A DNA stretch of 34,558 nt from a virus (taxonomy: Duplodnaviria; Caudoviricetes): positions 1 through 34,558 of IMG/VR virus record IMGVR_UViG_3300020042_001134. One strand, written 5' to 3'. The notes below the pieces were generated by a model. The model worked only from the letters and a program-made list of their open reading frames with translations. It searched no databases and was not told the origin of the DNA. Both the position numbers and the translations under genes were made by a program. Positions 16,200 through 24,128 of this stretch are shown here, in pieces. Numbering within the stretch: the stretch's first letter is position 1; every line of letters starts with the position of its first letter.

Positions 16200-16828
16200 G
16201 CTACATTGTTGCGTCATTACCGCCAATCAAATGCTTTGTGCGGCGTGAGTTTTTGTATAACTTTGAGAAAGGTTACGGCGAATACGAACCTGCTATTTGG
16301 GTAAGCCTAAAAGCTCTGCGTGGGCAAGTGTTCCGCATTGAAAGCCTGTTACCAGCTTACGGTGCGCTTTACGACAAGCTACCGATACACGCCTATGTCT
16401 GGCACACAAACTCGCCTGAAGCATTGCCCATTGACACGCTACAGCTCTGGGACTGCATGGGTTACAAGTTTACCGTCATTGAAAAGATAGGCTTGCGTAA
16501 CCTTGGGGTTAAGTTTTTAGGTAAAGACAAGCAATGGCACTTTGGCACATACTTGTTTACCGTAGACTTTTGCGCTGACGGGCTAGAGGTTGACACCGGA
16601 TTTACAGAGCAAGCTGAAGAACATAAATCGTTTAACTGGATACGCTTGGACAATGGGCAATTTGCTTGCCAACCTAATAACCGTTGCTTGTGGTATGACC
16701 AGTCGCTTATCCCTGCTGAGACAAAATTTCCTGACTTTCAAGCATCACGCCACATTTGGACAGTGGATGGATCACGCAAATGGTCAGCTGGTGACGATTG
16801 GTTTTACAACATTGAGGAGCGCACATGA
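16196..16828 (+). CDS. conserved phage protein of unknown function
   Basis: 210 aa, aromatic-rich; LQLWDC, YLFTVD, EHKS and GQFACQPNNR motifs. Confidence 0.75.
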   Translation: MSYIVASLPPIKCFVRREFLYNFEKGYGEYEPAIWVSLKALRGQVFRIESLLPAYGALYDKLPIHAYVWHTNSPEALPIDTLQLWDCMGYKFTVIEKIGLRNLGVKFLGKDKQWHFGTYLFTVDFCADGLEVDTGFTEQAEEHKSFNWIRLDNGQFACQPNNRCLWYDQSLIPAETKFPDFQASRHIWTVDGSRKWSAGDDWFYNIEERT

Positions 16829-17004
16829 AAAATGATGACGATGACACACAATCATATATTGGACAGCGGAAGTGGATTGATTTAACAGAGGATGAAATCA
16901 TTGGACACACTTGTGAGTGTGTTGATGATGGAACTTTTGACATGAAATGCGCTATAACTTTTGCAAAATTTATCCAAGAAACTTTAAAAAGGTACAACAC
17001 ATGA
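16825..17004 (+). CDS. second WxxLTxDE-motif protein (59 aa; not in ORF track)
   Basis: GAGGAG SD; RKWIDLTEDE...IQETLKRYNT; ATGA overlaps at both ends. Confidence 0.7.
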   Translation: MKNDDDDTQSYIGQRKWIDLTEDEIIGHTCECVDDGTFDMKCAITFAKFIQETLKRYNT

Positions 17005-17375
17005 GCTTTGATGAGTTCTGGGTCAAATACCCTCGCAAAGTCGCTAAAAAGACCGCTATGCAATCTTTTGCCAAGCTCCCGATGGATGAGCAGGAATTAG
17101 CATTGGACGCATTAGAGACGCATTGTGAGTATTGGAAGCTAAAAGAGACAGCAACAGATTACATTCCGCATCCGTCGACTTGGCTTAACCAAGGACGGTA
17201 TTACGACGAACTGGATATGCAGCCTAAACAACCTAAAAAACCTGCGTTGCCTTGGTATTCGACAGAGCAAATGACGATGGACAAAGCGAGGGAGTTGGCG
17301 ATGACACCAAGACCAGGCGAGGACATGGGACAGTTTAGGGCTAGGATTGCCCAGAAAGTAGCGGAGGCCGTGTGA
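17001..17375 (+). CDS. replication-initiator-like protein, C-terminal domain only (start 17001)
   Basis: FDEFWVKYPRKVAK...YIPHPSTWLNQGRYYDE resembles the C-terminal domain of phage replisome organisers; ATGA coupling fixes the start. Confidence 0.65.
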   Translation: MSFDEFWVKYPRKVAKKTAMQSFAKLPMDEQELALDALETHCEYWKLKETATDYIPHPSTWLNQGRYYDELDMQPKQPKKPALPWYSTEQMTMDKARELAMTPRPGEDMGQFRARIAQKVAEAV

Positions 17376-17695
17376 AAGACCAACACGATGCAATTGATTA
17401 CATTTACACAACAGCACCGCTGTACGGACAAGCAAAAGGACGGGTTGCAGAGCTAGAAACCTATAAATCTAGCTTAAAGTCAATTATGATGAAGCAATCA
17501 GGAGAATTAGCAATTGGGGCGCAAGAGCGAGAAGCCTACGCAAGCGATGAATATCAAAACCTATGCAAAGCCATAGGCGAAGCTACGGAAGCGGCTGAAA
17601 CGCTGAAATGGCGGCTTGAATCGGCAAAGATGAGGTTTGAGGCCTGGCGCACGGAACAAGCTAGTAACCGACAGATTGAGAAGTTGACCAAATGA
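17372..17695 (+). CDS. conserved helical phage protein
   Basis: GGAGG SD with GTG start; AQEREAYAS...EAWRTEQAS motif. Confidence 0.7.
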   Translation: MKDQHDAIDYIYTTAPLYGQAKGRVAELETYKSSLKSIMMKQSGELAIGAQEREAYASDEYQNLCKAIGEATEAAETLKWRLESAKMRFEAWRTEQASNRQIEKLTK

Positions 17696-17898
17696 GAAAA
17701 AAGGACACCCAAGTTGGCGGCACACATTACCAAATTGCAATAGAACCTTGGGACTACATCATTGCTAATCAAATAGGGTATTTAGAAGGAAATGTAATTA
17801 AATATGTAACTAGGTACAAAAACAAAGGTGGCGTAGAAGATTTAAAGAAAGCGCAACATTACTTAAGTAAACTAATCGAAGTTCACTCAAAGGATTGA
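17692..17898 (+). CDS. DUF3310 (T7 gp1.7-like) protein
   Basis: QVGGTHY, IEPWDYI, GNVIKYVTRYKNKGGVEDLKKAQHYL. Confidence 0.88.
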   Translation: MRKKDTQVGGTHYQIAIEPWDYIIANQIGYLEGNVIKYVTRYKNKGGVEDLKKAQHYLSKLIEVHSKD

Positions 17899-17899
17899 C

Positions 17900-18073
17900 A
17901 TGAAACTTAATTTTATTTCAGAGCAAGACGATGGCACTCAAATTTGCGTGACAACTGATGCAGAAGGTTTGTCAGCAATTTTTGAGGTGTTTAAAAACTT
18001 TCTTAAAGCAAACGGGTTTGACCCAGATATATTTGATTTTAACCAAGAGCAGTTAGACTTTGACGATGAGTAG
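17900..18073 (+). CDS. acidic hypothetical 57-aa protein (not in ORF track)
   Basis: AAGGA SD; MKLNFISEQDDG...FKNFLKANGF...DFDDE. Confidence 0.65.
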   Translation: MKLNFISEQDDGTQICVTTDAEGLSAIFEVFKNFLKANGFDPDIFDFNQEQLDFDDE

Positions 18074-18212
18074 TTGGCTCATTGTTGTGACTGGCTTAAT
18101 CTACGGCTACATAGCTGTGGAGCAGGGCTTTAAGGGCAATATGGCTATGCTTGTCATTTACGGCGGCTATGCGTTTAGCAACATTGGTCTTTATTTGATG
18201 GCGGCAAAATGA
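18066..18212 (+). CDS. small two-TM membrane protein (48 aa; not in ORF track)
   Basis: MSSWLIVVTGLIYGYIAVEQGFKGNMAMLVIYGGYAFSNIGLYLMAAK. Confidence 0.7.
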   Translation: MSSWLIVVTGLIYGYIAVEQGFKGNMAMLVIYGGYAFSNIGLYLMAAK

Positions 18213-18319
18213 TTTACCTGTTAACGGCTTTTGTGTTGGCGCATTTAGAGGCGGGTTATGGCTGGTGGATACTGTTTGTTGTTTGTATGGTGCTTGATTT
18301 TGTTCGCAGCTTGCCTTGA
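18209..18319 (+). CDS. small hydrophobic protein (36 aa; not in ORF track)
   Basis: MIYLLTAFVLAHLEAGYGWWILFVVCMVLDFVRSLP; ATGA and TTGA overlaps. Confidence 0.6.
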   Translation: MIYLLTAFVLAHLEAGYGWWILFVVCMVLDFVRSLP

Positions 18320-18591
18320 ATAAAAAAAAGCTGTACGACAAAATAGCCCAGCTAGGGTGTTCTTTGTGTCGGCATCTTGAATATGGCGAAACACCGTGCG
18401 AGATTCACCATATACGCCACGCAGGGCGCAGGGATTTAGCACCAGTTATAGGACTTTGCCCAGAACACCACAGAGGCAACACGGGCGTTCACGGCATGGG
18501 TCGCAAAGCATTTGCCAAGCATTACGGCGTGACTGAAGAAGATTTATTGAGCCAAACTATAACTCTAACGGGTCAAAACCAAGCTCAATAG
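18316..18591 (+). CDS. Ref-like (RecA-dependent) HNH nuclease
   Basis: GCSLC...EIHH...LCPEHHR...GVH...FAKHYG..EEDLL pattern. Confidence 0.75.
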   Translation: MNKKKLYDKIAQLGCSLCRHLEYGETPCEIHHIRHAGRRDLAPVIGLCPEHHRGNTGVHGMGRKAFAKHYGVTEEDLLSQTITLTGQNQAQ

Positions 18592-18901
18592 CAATACGGC
18601 GAGCGTAATTCCTAAACACTTGATCGTGTTTGTTCCAACCCTTAGTTTTGCCTCGTTTCATGTGGATCATCTCATGCGCCATTGTTCGGATGACGGTTTC
18701 AAGATGGGCGTTTTTGGCTTTAGAGATGGTTACAATGTGTTTTTCTTGTAAATCATCGTAGACATAAGTACCCATTGCATCCAGTTCGTTTGTGACTTGA
18801 AACAGTATTTCTTCTGGCGGCGGCATTTTCCAAGCGCAAAAGGGCTTGAGTTTAGCTAACATCAAGTAAATTGCTTGTAACCTGCCAGCAGTCAATTTCA
18901 T
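18557..18901 (-). CDS. SprT-like zinc metalloprotease domain protein
   Basis: AHEMIH (HExxH) followed by WNKHDQVF third His ligand. Confidence 0.75.
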   Translation of the reverse strand: MKLTAGRLQAIYLMLAKLKPFCAWKMPPPEEILFQVTNELDAMGTYVYDDLQEKHIVTISKAKNAHLETVIRTMAHEMIHMKRGKTKGWNKHDQVFRNYARRIAIELGFDPLEL

Positions 18902-18903
18902 CG

Positions 18904-19875
18904 TTACACCTTAATAATTTTTCCACGGAATACGACTTCATCTTCGCCAAAGACTTGTACAAGTTCTGGCATAAGCAACTGCCCACGATCAAAGGTCAGC
19001 ACGGCAAAGCCGCTACGCCAATCTTTAGGGTTGTCCTCGGTATAGTCAGCAAACTGCATATTGTTAGGTTCGGCAAGAGTGCCTGTCTGCACACCCCAAA
19101 TTGTGCCGTTGTAATTGGTAATGGGTTGAACTGCTAAGACATGGGTGTGGCCTGTAATAATGTTTACACCAGAATTCAAGGCATTGGCATAGCCTGCCGT
19201 GCGTCCACCCTTGTAGCGGTGCTTGATAACCGTATCCTCGTTGACCCAATATGACCAACAAGGCTGCCAGCGTGGGAAATGATCTTTAAGGGTAAACCCT
19301 TTGACGCCTTCAAACTGTGAAGAGCTGTTGGCGAGGATCGTTTCGAACCGTGCATCGTGGTTGCCAAGCGTCCAGATTAAGGGACATTTTGCAATGTCCT
19401 CAATTTCACCTAGATAGAATTGACAGGCTTCAAGTTCTTGCTTGACCGTGGGTTTAGAATCCCAGCCAATGCGAGGGAAGCGGCTAATTGCGCCTCCGTC
19501 AAAGGCATCCCCGTTGTTGACAATGACTTTTGGTTTGAGTTCTTTAATAAAGTGAATCAACGCACGAAATGCGGTGGTTGTATCATCAGGCCAGAAGTGT
19601 GCGTCTGAGAATACGATTACTACGCCCTTCTCAAGTGTAATGCCACGCCTTACGTGTCCCGGTGTTTGGTGTATTTTCTTTACAGTTGAATGGGTAAGCC
19701 CCCCATTGCCTTGCGGATTACTAGTTGGCAATTCAATCCTGTGCTTAAATTCAATTGTCCTGCGCCGATTGTAAGTATTGCGTAGACTTAATTTGAGATG
19801 TTCTGAAACTTTAATTGGTGATCCTAACTCGTTCCAAACTTTGATAAACTCATCGTCGGTAATGTAATAGGACAT
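18904..19875 (-). CDS. calcineurin-like metallophosphoesterase with N-terminal HTH-like segment
   Basis: SDAH, NGDAFD, GNHD, IKH and GHTH motifs. Confidence 0.88.
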   Translation of the reverse strand: MSYYITDDEFIKVWNELGSPIKVSEHLKLSLRNTYNRRRTIEFKHRIELPTSNPQGNGGLTHSTVKKIHQTPGHVRRGITLEKGVVIVFSDAHFWPDDTTTAFRALIHFIKELKPKVIVNNGDAFDGGAISRFPRIGWDSKPTVKQELEACQFYLGEIEDIAKCPLIWTLGNHDARFETILANSSSQFEGVKGFTLKDHFPRWQPCWSYWVNEDTVIKHRYKGGRTAGYANALNSGVNIITGHTHVLAVQPITNYNGTIWGVQTGTLAEPNNMQFADYTEDNPKDWRSGFAVLTFDRGQLLMPELVQVFGEDEVVFRGKIIKV

Positions 19876-19886
19876 AGGTTTGCCTT

Positions 19887-20156
19887 ATGAGAGCGAAGCG
19901 AGTTGACTGCAATCAAAAAAATATCGTCCACGCACTACGAACATTTGGTGCAGTTGTCGTGGATTTGTCTGGCGTAGGCAAAGGTTGCCCTGATCTGTTG
20001 GTAGGTTTTAACAGTAAGACCTATCTTATAGAAGTAAAAAAAGACAGTAAAGCAAAATTTACGCCCCAACAATTACAGTTTAATGAATTGTGGACAGGCG
20101 GCATCATTGCCCGTATAGAAACTATTGACGAAGCTCTTGCGCTCTTAAAGGTTTGA
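19887..20156 (+). CDS. VRR-NUC domain nuclease (resolvase-like)
   Basis: GCPDLLVG...LIEVK...TPQQ..F. Confidence 0.82.
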   Translation: MRAKRVDCNQKNIVHALRTFGAVVVDLSGVGKGCPDLLVGFNSKTYLIEVKKDSKAKFTPQQLQFNELWTGGIIARIETIDEALALLKV

Positions 20157-20164
20157 TTTATAAT
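20137..20164 (+). promoter_or_regulatory. candidate promoter upstream of the packaging/late operon
   Basis: TTGCGC-16 nt-TATAAT, followed by a GAGG SD. Confidence 0.45.
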
Positions 20165-20183
20165 AAAGAAAATCGAGGCTATT

Positions 20184-20540
20184 ATGGATTATCCTGCCGT
20201 TTTCGTGTCTACCTTGTTCCATAGCGGGACAAATGCACACTTTATGCACCTGCAAACAGACAGCTATGCTAAACACGTTGCGCTGGGTGAATACTATGAC
20301 ACGATAATTGATTTAGTCGATAAGTGGGCAGAGGCTTATCAAGGGGCACACTCAATCATTAAGAGTTACCCCAAAGATTTCCATTTAGCCACCGATCCAG
20401 TCAAATACATCACATCTGTTAAAGCGTTCGTCAAAGACATTCGGGACGAGCTGCCCAAAGACTCAGAGTTACAGAACATTGTGGACGAGATTGCAGACCT
20501 GATTGACTCAACCTTATACAAGTTAAAGGCCTTCAAATGA
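20184..20540 (+). CDS. Dps/ferritin-like four-helix protein (DUF5856-like)
   Basis: HFMHLQTDSYAKHVALGEYYD...DKWAEAYQG resembles Dps metal ligands. Confidence 0.7.
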   Translation: MDYPAVFVSTLFHSGTNAHFMHLQTDSYAKHVALGEYYDTIIDLVDKWAEAYQGAHSIIKSYPKDFHLATDPVKYITSVKAFVKDIRDELPKDSELQNIVDEIADLIDSTLYKLKAFK

Positions 20541-20689
20541 AAGCTGGACTATACGCAAATATCTTAGCAAAGCAAGAACGAATCAAGGCGGGATCAGGCG
20601 AGACGATGCGAAAGCCCGGCTCACCAGGCGCACCTACGGCTAAAGATTTCAAAGAATCAGCCAAGACAGCTAAAGACGCAAAGAAATGA
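20537..20689 (+). CDS. small basic protein (50 aa; not in ORF track)
   Basis: MKAGLYANILAKQERIKAGSGETMRKPGSPGAPTAKDFKESAKTAKDAKK; ATGA overlaps at both ends. Confidence 0.78.
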   Translation: MKAGLYANILAKQERIKAGSGETMRKPGSPGAPTAKDFKESAKTAKDAKK

Positions 20690-20970
20690 CAGCGGCGTGG
20701 ACTCGCAAAGAGGGCAAAAACCCTGAAGGCGGTCTAAATGCCAAGGGTAGAGCGAGTGCTAAAGCTGAAGGCATGAACCTCAAGCCACCAGTTAAATCAG
20801 GTGACAACCCAAGACGAGCCAGTTTCCTCGCAAGAATGGGTAATATGCCAGGGCCAATGGAAAAAGACGGAAAGCCCACTAGGTTAGCCTTAGCATTAAA
20901 AGCATGGGGCGCATCAAGCAAAGAAGATGCAAAGTCAAAAGCTAAGAACATTAGCAAACGCAATAAATGA
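20686..20970 (+). CDS. basic phage protein (DUF6321-like)
   Basis: AWTRKEGKNPEGGLNAKGRAS...RRASFLARM...ALKAW. Confidence 0.75.
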   Translation: MTAAWTRKEGKNPEGGLNAKGRASAKAEGMNLKPPVKSGDNPRRASFLARMGNMPGPMEKDGKPTRLALALKAWGASSKEDAKSKAKNISKRNK

Positions 20971-21015
20971 GCTAAACTATCTCATAGACTTAAACTATCA
21001 CAATTGGATAAGTTA

Positions 21016-21315
21016 ATGACGCAAGCTAAAAAACAATTAACAAATATTAAAGGTGCAGGCAGACCCAAGGGAGTGCCTAACAAAAGCACTACGAAGGCTC
21101 GTGAGGCGATTGCAGCGTTCGTTGATGGTAATGCCCACCTTTTGCAAACATGGCTTGAGCAGGTCGCTATGGACGAGCGATACGGGCCAAAGACAGCGTT
21201 TGATTGTTTTATGGCTGTCGCTGAGTACCACGTTCCCAAATTAGCGAGACAAGAACACGTTGGGGCTGACAATGGCCCGATTGAGATGGTGGTCAAGTGG
21301 CAAGACGGGAAGTAA
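21016..21315 (+). CDS. terS: terminase small subunit (putative; start 21016 or 21004)
   Basis: GAGRPKGVPNK motif; directly upstream of and overlapping terL. Confidence 0.65.
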   Translation: MTQAKKQLTNIKGAGRPKGVPNKSTTKAREAIAAFVDGNAHLLQTWLEQVAMDERYGPKTAFDCFMAVAEYHVPKLARQEHVGADNGPIEMVVKWQDGK

Positions 21316-22634
21316 CGCTACCTTACAGTCCACGGGGGGCGTTTAAGCCGTTTCACAACCGCACAGAGCGTTGGGCTTGCTTAGTCGCACACCGTCGAGC
21401 AGGAAAGACTGTCGCAGCAATCAACGACATTATCAGGGCTGCTTTGATGTGCAAAAGCCCAAATCCCCTATTTGCTTACATTGCTCCGTTTCGCAGCCAA
21501 GCTAAGTCCGTGGCGTGGGACTACCTTAAACACTTTGCTAGACCAGTCCTCGCGTCAAGCAATGAGGCTGAATTGACCATTGAGCTAGTAACTGGCGGCA
21601 AGATACGCTTGTTTGGTGCTGACAACGCTGATGCAATGCGAGGCTTGGGCTTTGATGGTGTGTTTATGGACGAGTATGGTGACTTTAGACCTAGCGTCTG
21701 GGGTAACGTCATTCGTCCTACATTGTCAGACAAGCAAGGGTGGGCAGTGTTCGCAGGTACGCCGAAGGGAAAGAATCAGTTTTGGCAGATATTTGAAACA
21801 GCCCAGAAAACACCTAGCGAGTGGTTTCATCTTGTCCTAAAGGCTAGTGAGTCTGGATTGCTGCCTGACACAGAGCTACAAGCGGCTGCGGCACAGATTA
21901 GCGATGACCAATTCCTACAAGAATACGAGTGTTCGTTCGAGGCGGCTATCCTTGGTGCGTTCTACGGCGAGGACTTACGCAAAGTTACAGATGCGGGACA
22001 GGTTTGCAGAGTTGACTACGATCCGCACCTACCTACCTACACAGCTTGGGACTTAGGATACAGGGACGATACGGCTATTTGGTGGTATCAGGTCGTGCGT
22101 AACGAAATCCACATCATTGATTATTTTGCAATAAGTGGTGCAAATGTCGCAGAAATCGCTAAAATAGTGACAGAAAAGCCGTATAAATACGCAAAACATT
22201 ACCTACCGCACGATGCAAGGGCTAAAACACTAGCAGCAGCGGGTAAGTCAGTTATTGAGCAATTGAGTGAGTATCTAGGCATCAACAACATGGCTATCGT
22301 GCCTGACTTGTCGGTGCAAGATGGAATTCAGGCGGTGCGTCAAATGCTGCCGATGTGTTGGTTTGATAGCGAACGGACACACGATGGTTTAGAGGCACTA
22401 AGGCAATATCAGCGGGAGTATGACGAGGACAAGAAAGCGTTTAGGCAAACACCACGGCACGATTGGACAAGCCACCCAGCAGATGCTTTTAGAATGTTAG
22501 CGATTGCATGGAGGCTAGAGCCAAAGGTTAAGCCACCAGATGTTGTCAAGCCGCTAATGGTTGGGCCAGAGAACACAGTTACATTGAACGATATGTGGGC
22601 AACCCACACAACACCACGGAGTAGAAGATTATGA
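21297..22634 (+). CDS. terL: terminase large subunit
   Basis: Walker A HRRAGKT, Walker B FMDEY, GTPKG, nuclease motifs WDLG and HPADAFR. Confidence 0.95.
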   Translation: MARREVTLPYSPRGAFKPFHNRTERWACLVAHRRAGKTVAAINDIIRAALMCKSPNPLFAYIAPFRSQAKSVAWDYLKHFARPVLASSNEAELTIELVTGGKIRLFGADNADAMRGLGFDGVFMDEYGDFRPSVWGNVIRPTLSDKQGWAVFAGTPKGKNQFWQIFETAQKTPSEWFHLVLKASESGLLPDTELQAAAAQISDDQFLQEYECSFEAAILGAFYGEDLRKVTDAGQVCRVDYDPHLPTYTAWDLGYRDDTAIWWYQVVRNEIHIIDYFAISGANVAEIAKIVTEKPYKYAKHYLPHDARAKTLAAAGKSVIEQLSEYLGINNMAIVPDLSVQDGIQAVRQMLPMCWFDSERTHDGLEALRQYQREYDEDKKAFRQTPRHDWTSHPADAFRMLAIAWRLEPKVKPPDVVKPLMVGPENTVTLNDMWATHTTPRSRRL

Positions 22635-22942
22635 GCGGTATACAGCACCCTTACGAGTATCAATACGAACACGTTGCAGCAAGTCAAACAGCACACGTTT
22701 TAGGTGGCACAGGTGCGGCAGGCGATTATTTGCATAGATTGATTTGCACCGTGTCCACAGCTGCAACAGGTAACGTAATTTTGCTAGATGGTGCGACTTC
22801 TCATACGTTATTGCCAGTATCAGCAGGTACAGGCGTTAACGTCTACAACATTGAAGTCAACGCTATCTCTCGCAATGGCTCGTGGAAAATCACGACAGGC
22901 GCAGGCGTGGAAGTCTTAGCCATTGGCATATTTAGCGCATGA
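22631..22942 (+). CDS. small beta-rich hypothetical (possibly virion) protein
   Basis: 103 aa, ATGA coupled on both sides. Confidence 0.7.
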   Translation: MSGIQHPYEYQYEHVAASQTAHVLGGTGAAGDYLHRLICTVSTAATGNVILLDGATSHTLLPVSAGTGVNVYNIEVNAISRNGSWKITTGAGVEVLAIGIFSA

Positions 22943-23529
22943 TCGTAGCAAGCGTATTGCGTTCGGGTGGGGATTTTAAGCCTGAACACGTTTATGCGCT
23001 GCAAAAGATGTGTGCTAAGTATCTGCCACCGCATGAGTTTGTGTGTTTGTCAGATGTTGAGCTAGAGTGCAAAACCATCTTTTTGCTGCATGATTGGGTT
23101 GGTTGGTGGGCAAAGATGGAGTTGTTTAGGCTACCGAGTGCGTTGTATTTTGATCTCGATACGGTGCTGACTGGTGACTGCACAGAAATGATTGAAGCGG
23201 CAAAGCAGCACGATTTTGTGATTATGCGTGATGTTTATCGGGGTCAATACAACCCGAAAGCGATGCAAAGTAGCATGATGTACTGGTCAAAGCCTGTCAA
23301 TTTGTACGACAAGTTTGCAGAATTACAGATGTACGCAGCGGGTGGCGATCAAAGTTATATTGAACACCACATGAAAGACAAAGTAACGTACTGGCAAGAT
23401 ATTTGTGATGGGATTGTGAGCTTTAAGGCTGATGTGCTACCCAAAGGGTTAGACAATGCCAAAGTGGTGATATTCCACGGCAAACCTAGACCGTGGGAAC
23501 AGACAAGGATACCGTATGAAATTGGTTAA
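22939..23529 (+). CDS. GT-A fold glycosyltransferase (GT8-like)
   Basis: WWAKMELF, YFDLD (DxD), GGDQ and FHGKPRPW motifs. Confidence 0.85.
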   Translation: MIVASVLRSGGDFKPEHVYALQKMCAKYLPPHEFVCLSDVELECKTIFLLHDWVGWWAKMELFRLPSALYFDLDTVLTGDCTEMIEAAKQHDFVIMRDVYRGQYNPKAMQSSMMYWSKPVNLYDKFAELQMYAAGGDQSYIEHHMKDKVTYWQDICDGIVSFKADVLPKGLDNAKVVIFHGKPRPWEQTRIPYEIG

Positions 23530-24127
23530 CGGGTGGCACGTTCCAGACATTGATGAGTGTTGTTTGCCAGCGATATTGTCTGAATTGCCGGATTTAAAGG
23601 CAAGCTACGCTTTTATGACCAAGTTTCGCACTGTTATTCAGGCAGGCGGCAATGTTGGCGTGTATCCCGCAACGATGGCAGAGCAATTTGAGCGTGTCAT
23701 CACAGTCGAGCCTGATACAGCTAATTTTCAAGCATTGGTATTAAATGTTGCTGACATCAAAAACATTGATTTCGCCCAAGCCGCATTTGGGGACAAAGAA
23801 GGCACAGCGTCTGTTGACCATGTGTACCCTGACAACATAGGGGCGCATCAGCTAAAAGCGGGTAACGATGTGCGAGTCATACCAATTGATTTCTTTGAAG
23901 TCCATGACTGCGATTTCATCCAGTTGGACATTGAAGGCTATGAGCATTTAGCATTGCTAGGTGCTGAACAAACCATTAAAAAGACTTATCCGGTAATTAC
24001 GCTTGAGCTAAAGGGCTTAGGCACTCGATACGGATACAGCGACGAGGACACAATCGAATTGCTTGCCAGTTGGGACTATGAGATTGTCGGACGGGTCAAC
24101 CGTGACGTAATTTTTGCGAGATATTGA
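23516..24127 (+). CDS. FkbM-family SAM-dependent methyltransferase
   Basis: IQAGGNVG, VEPD...NF and QLDIEGYE motifs. Confidence 0.88.
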   Translation: MKLVNGWHVPDIDECCLPAILSELPDLKASYAFMTKFRTVIQAGGNVGVYPATMAEQFERVITVEPDTANFQALVLNVADIKNIDFAQAAFGDKEGTASVDHVYPDNIGAHQLKAGNDVRVIPIDFFEVHDCDFIQLDIEGYEHLALLGAEQTIKKTYPVITLELKGLGTRYGYSDEDTIELLASWDYEIVGRVNRDVIFARY

Positions 24128-24128
24128 A

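Noticed and set aside
16947-17000. Longer start for the replication-like protein
   Set aside because: It lies inside the 16825-17004 gene; ATG 17001 is stop/start coupled and the extra residues add no HTH.
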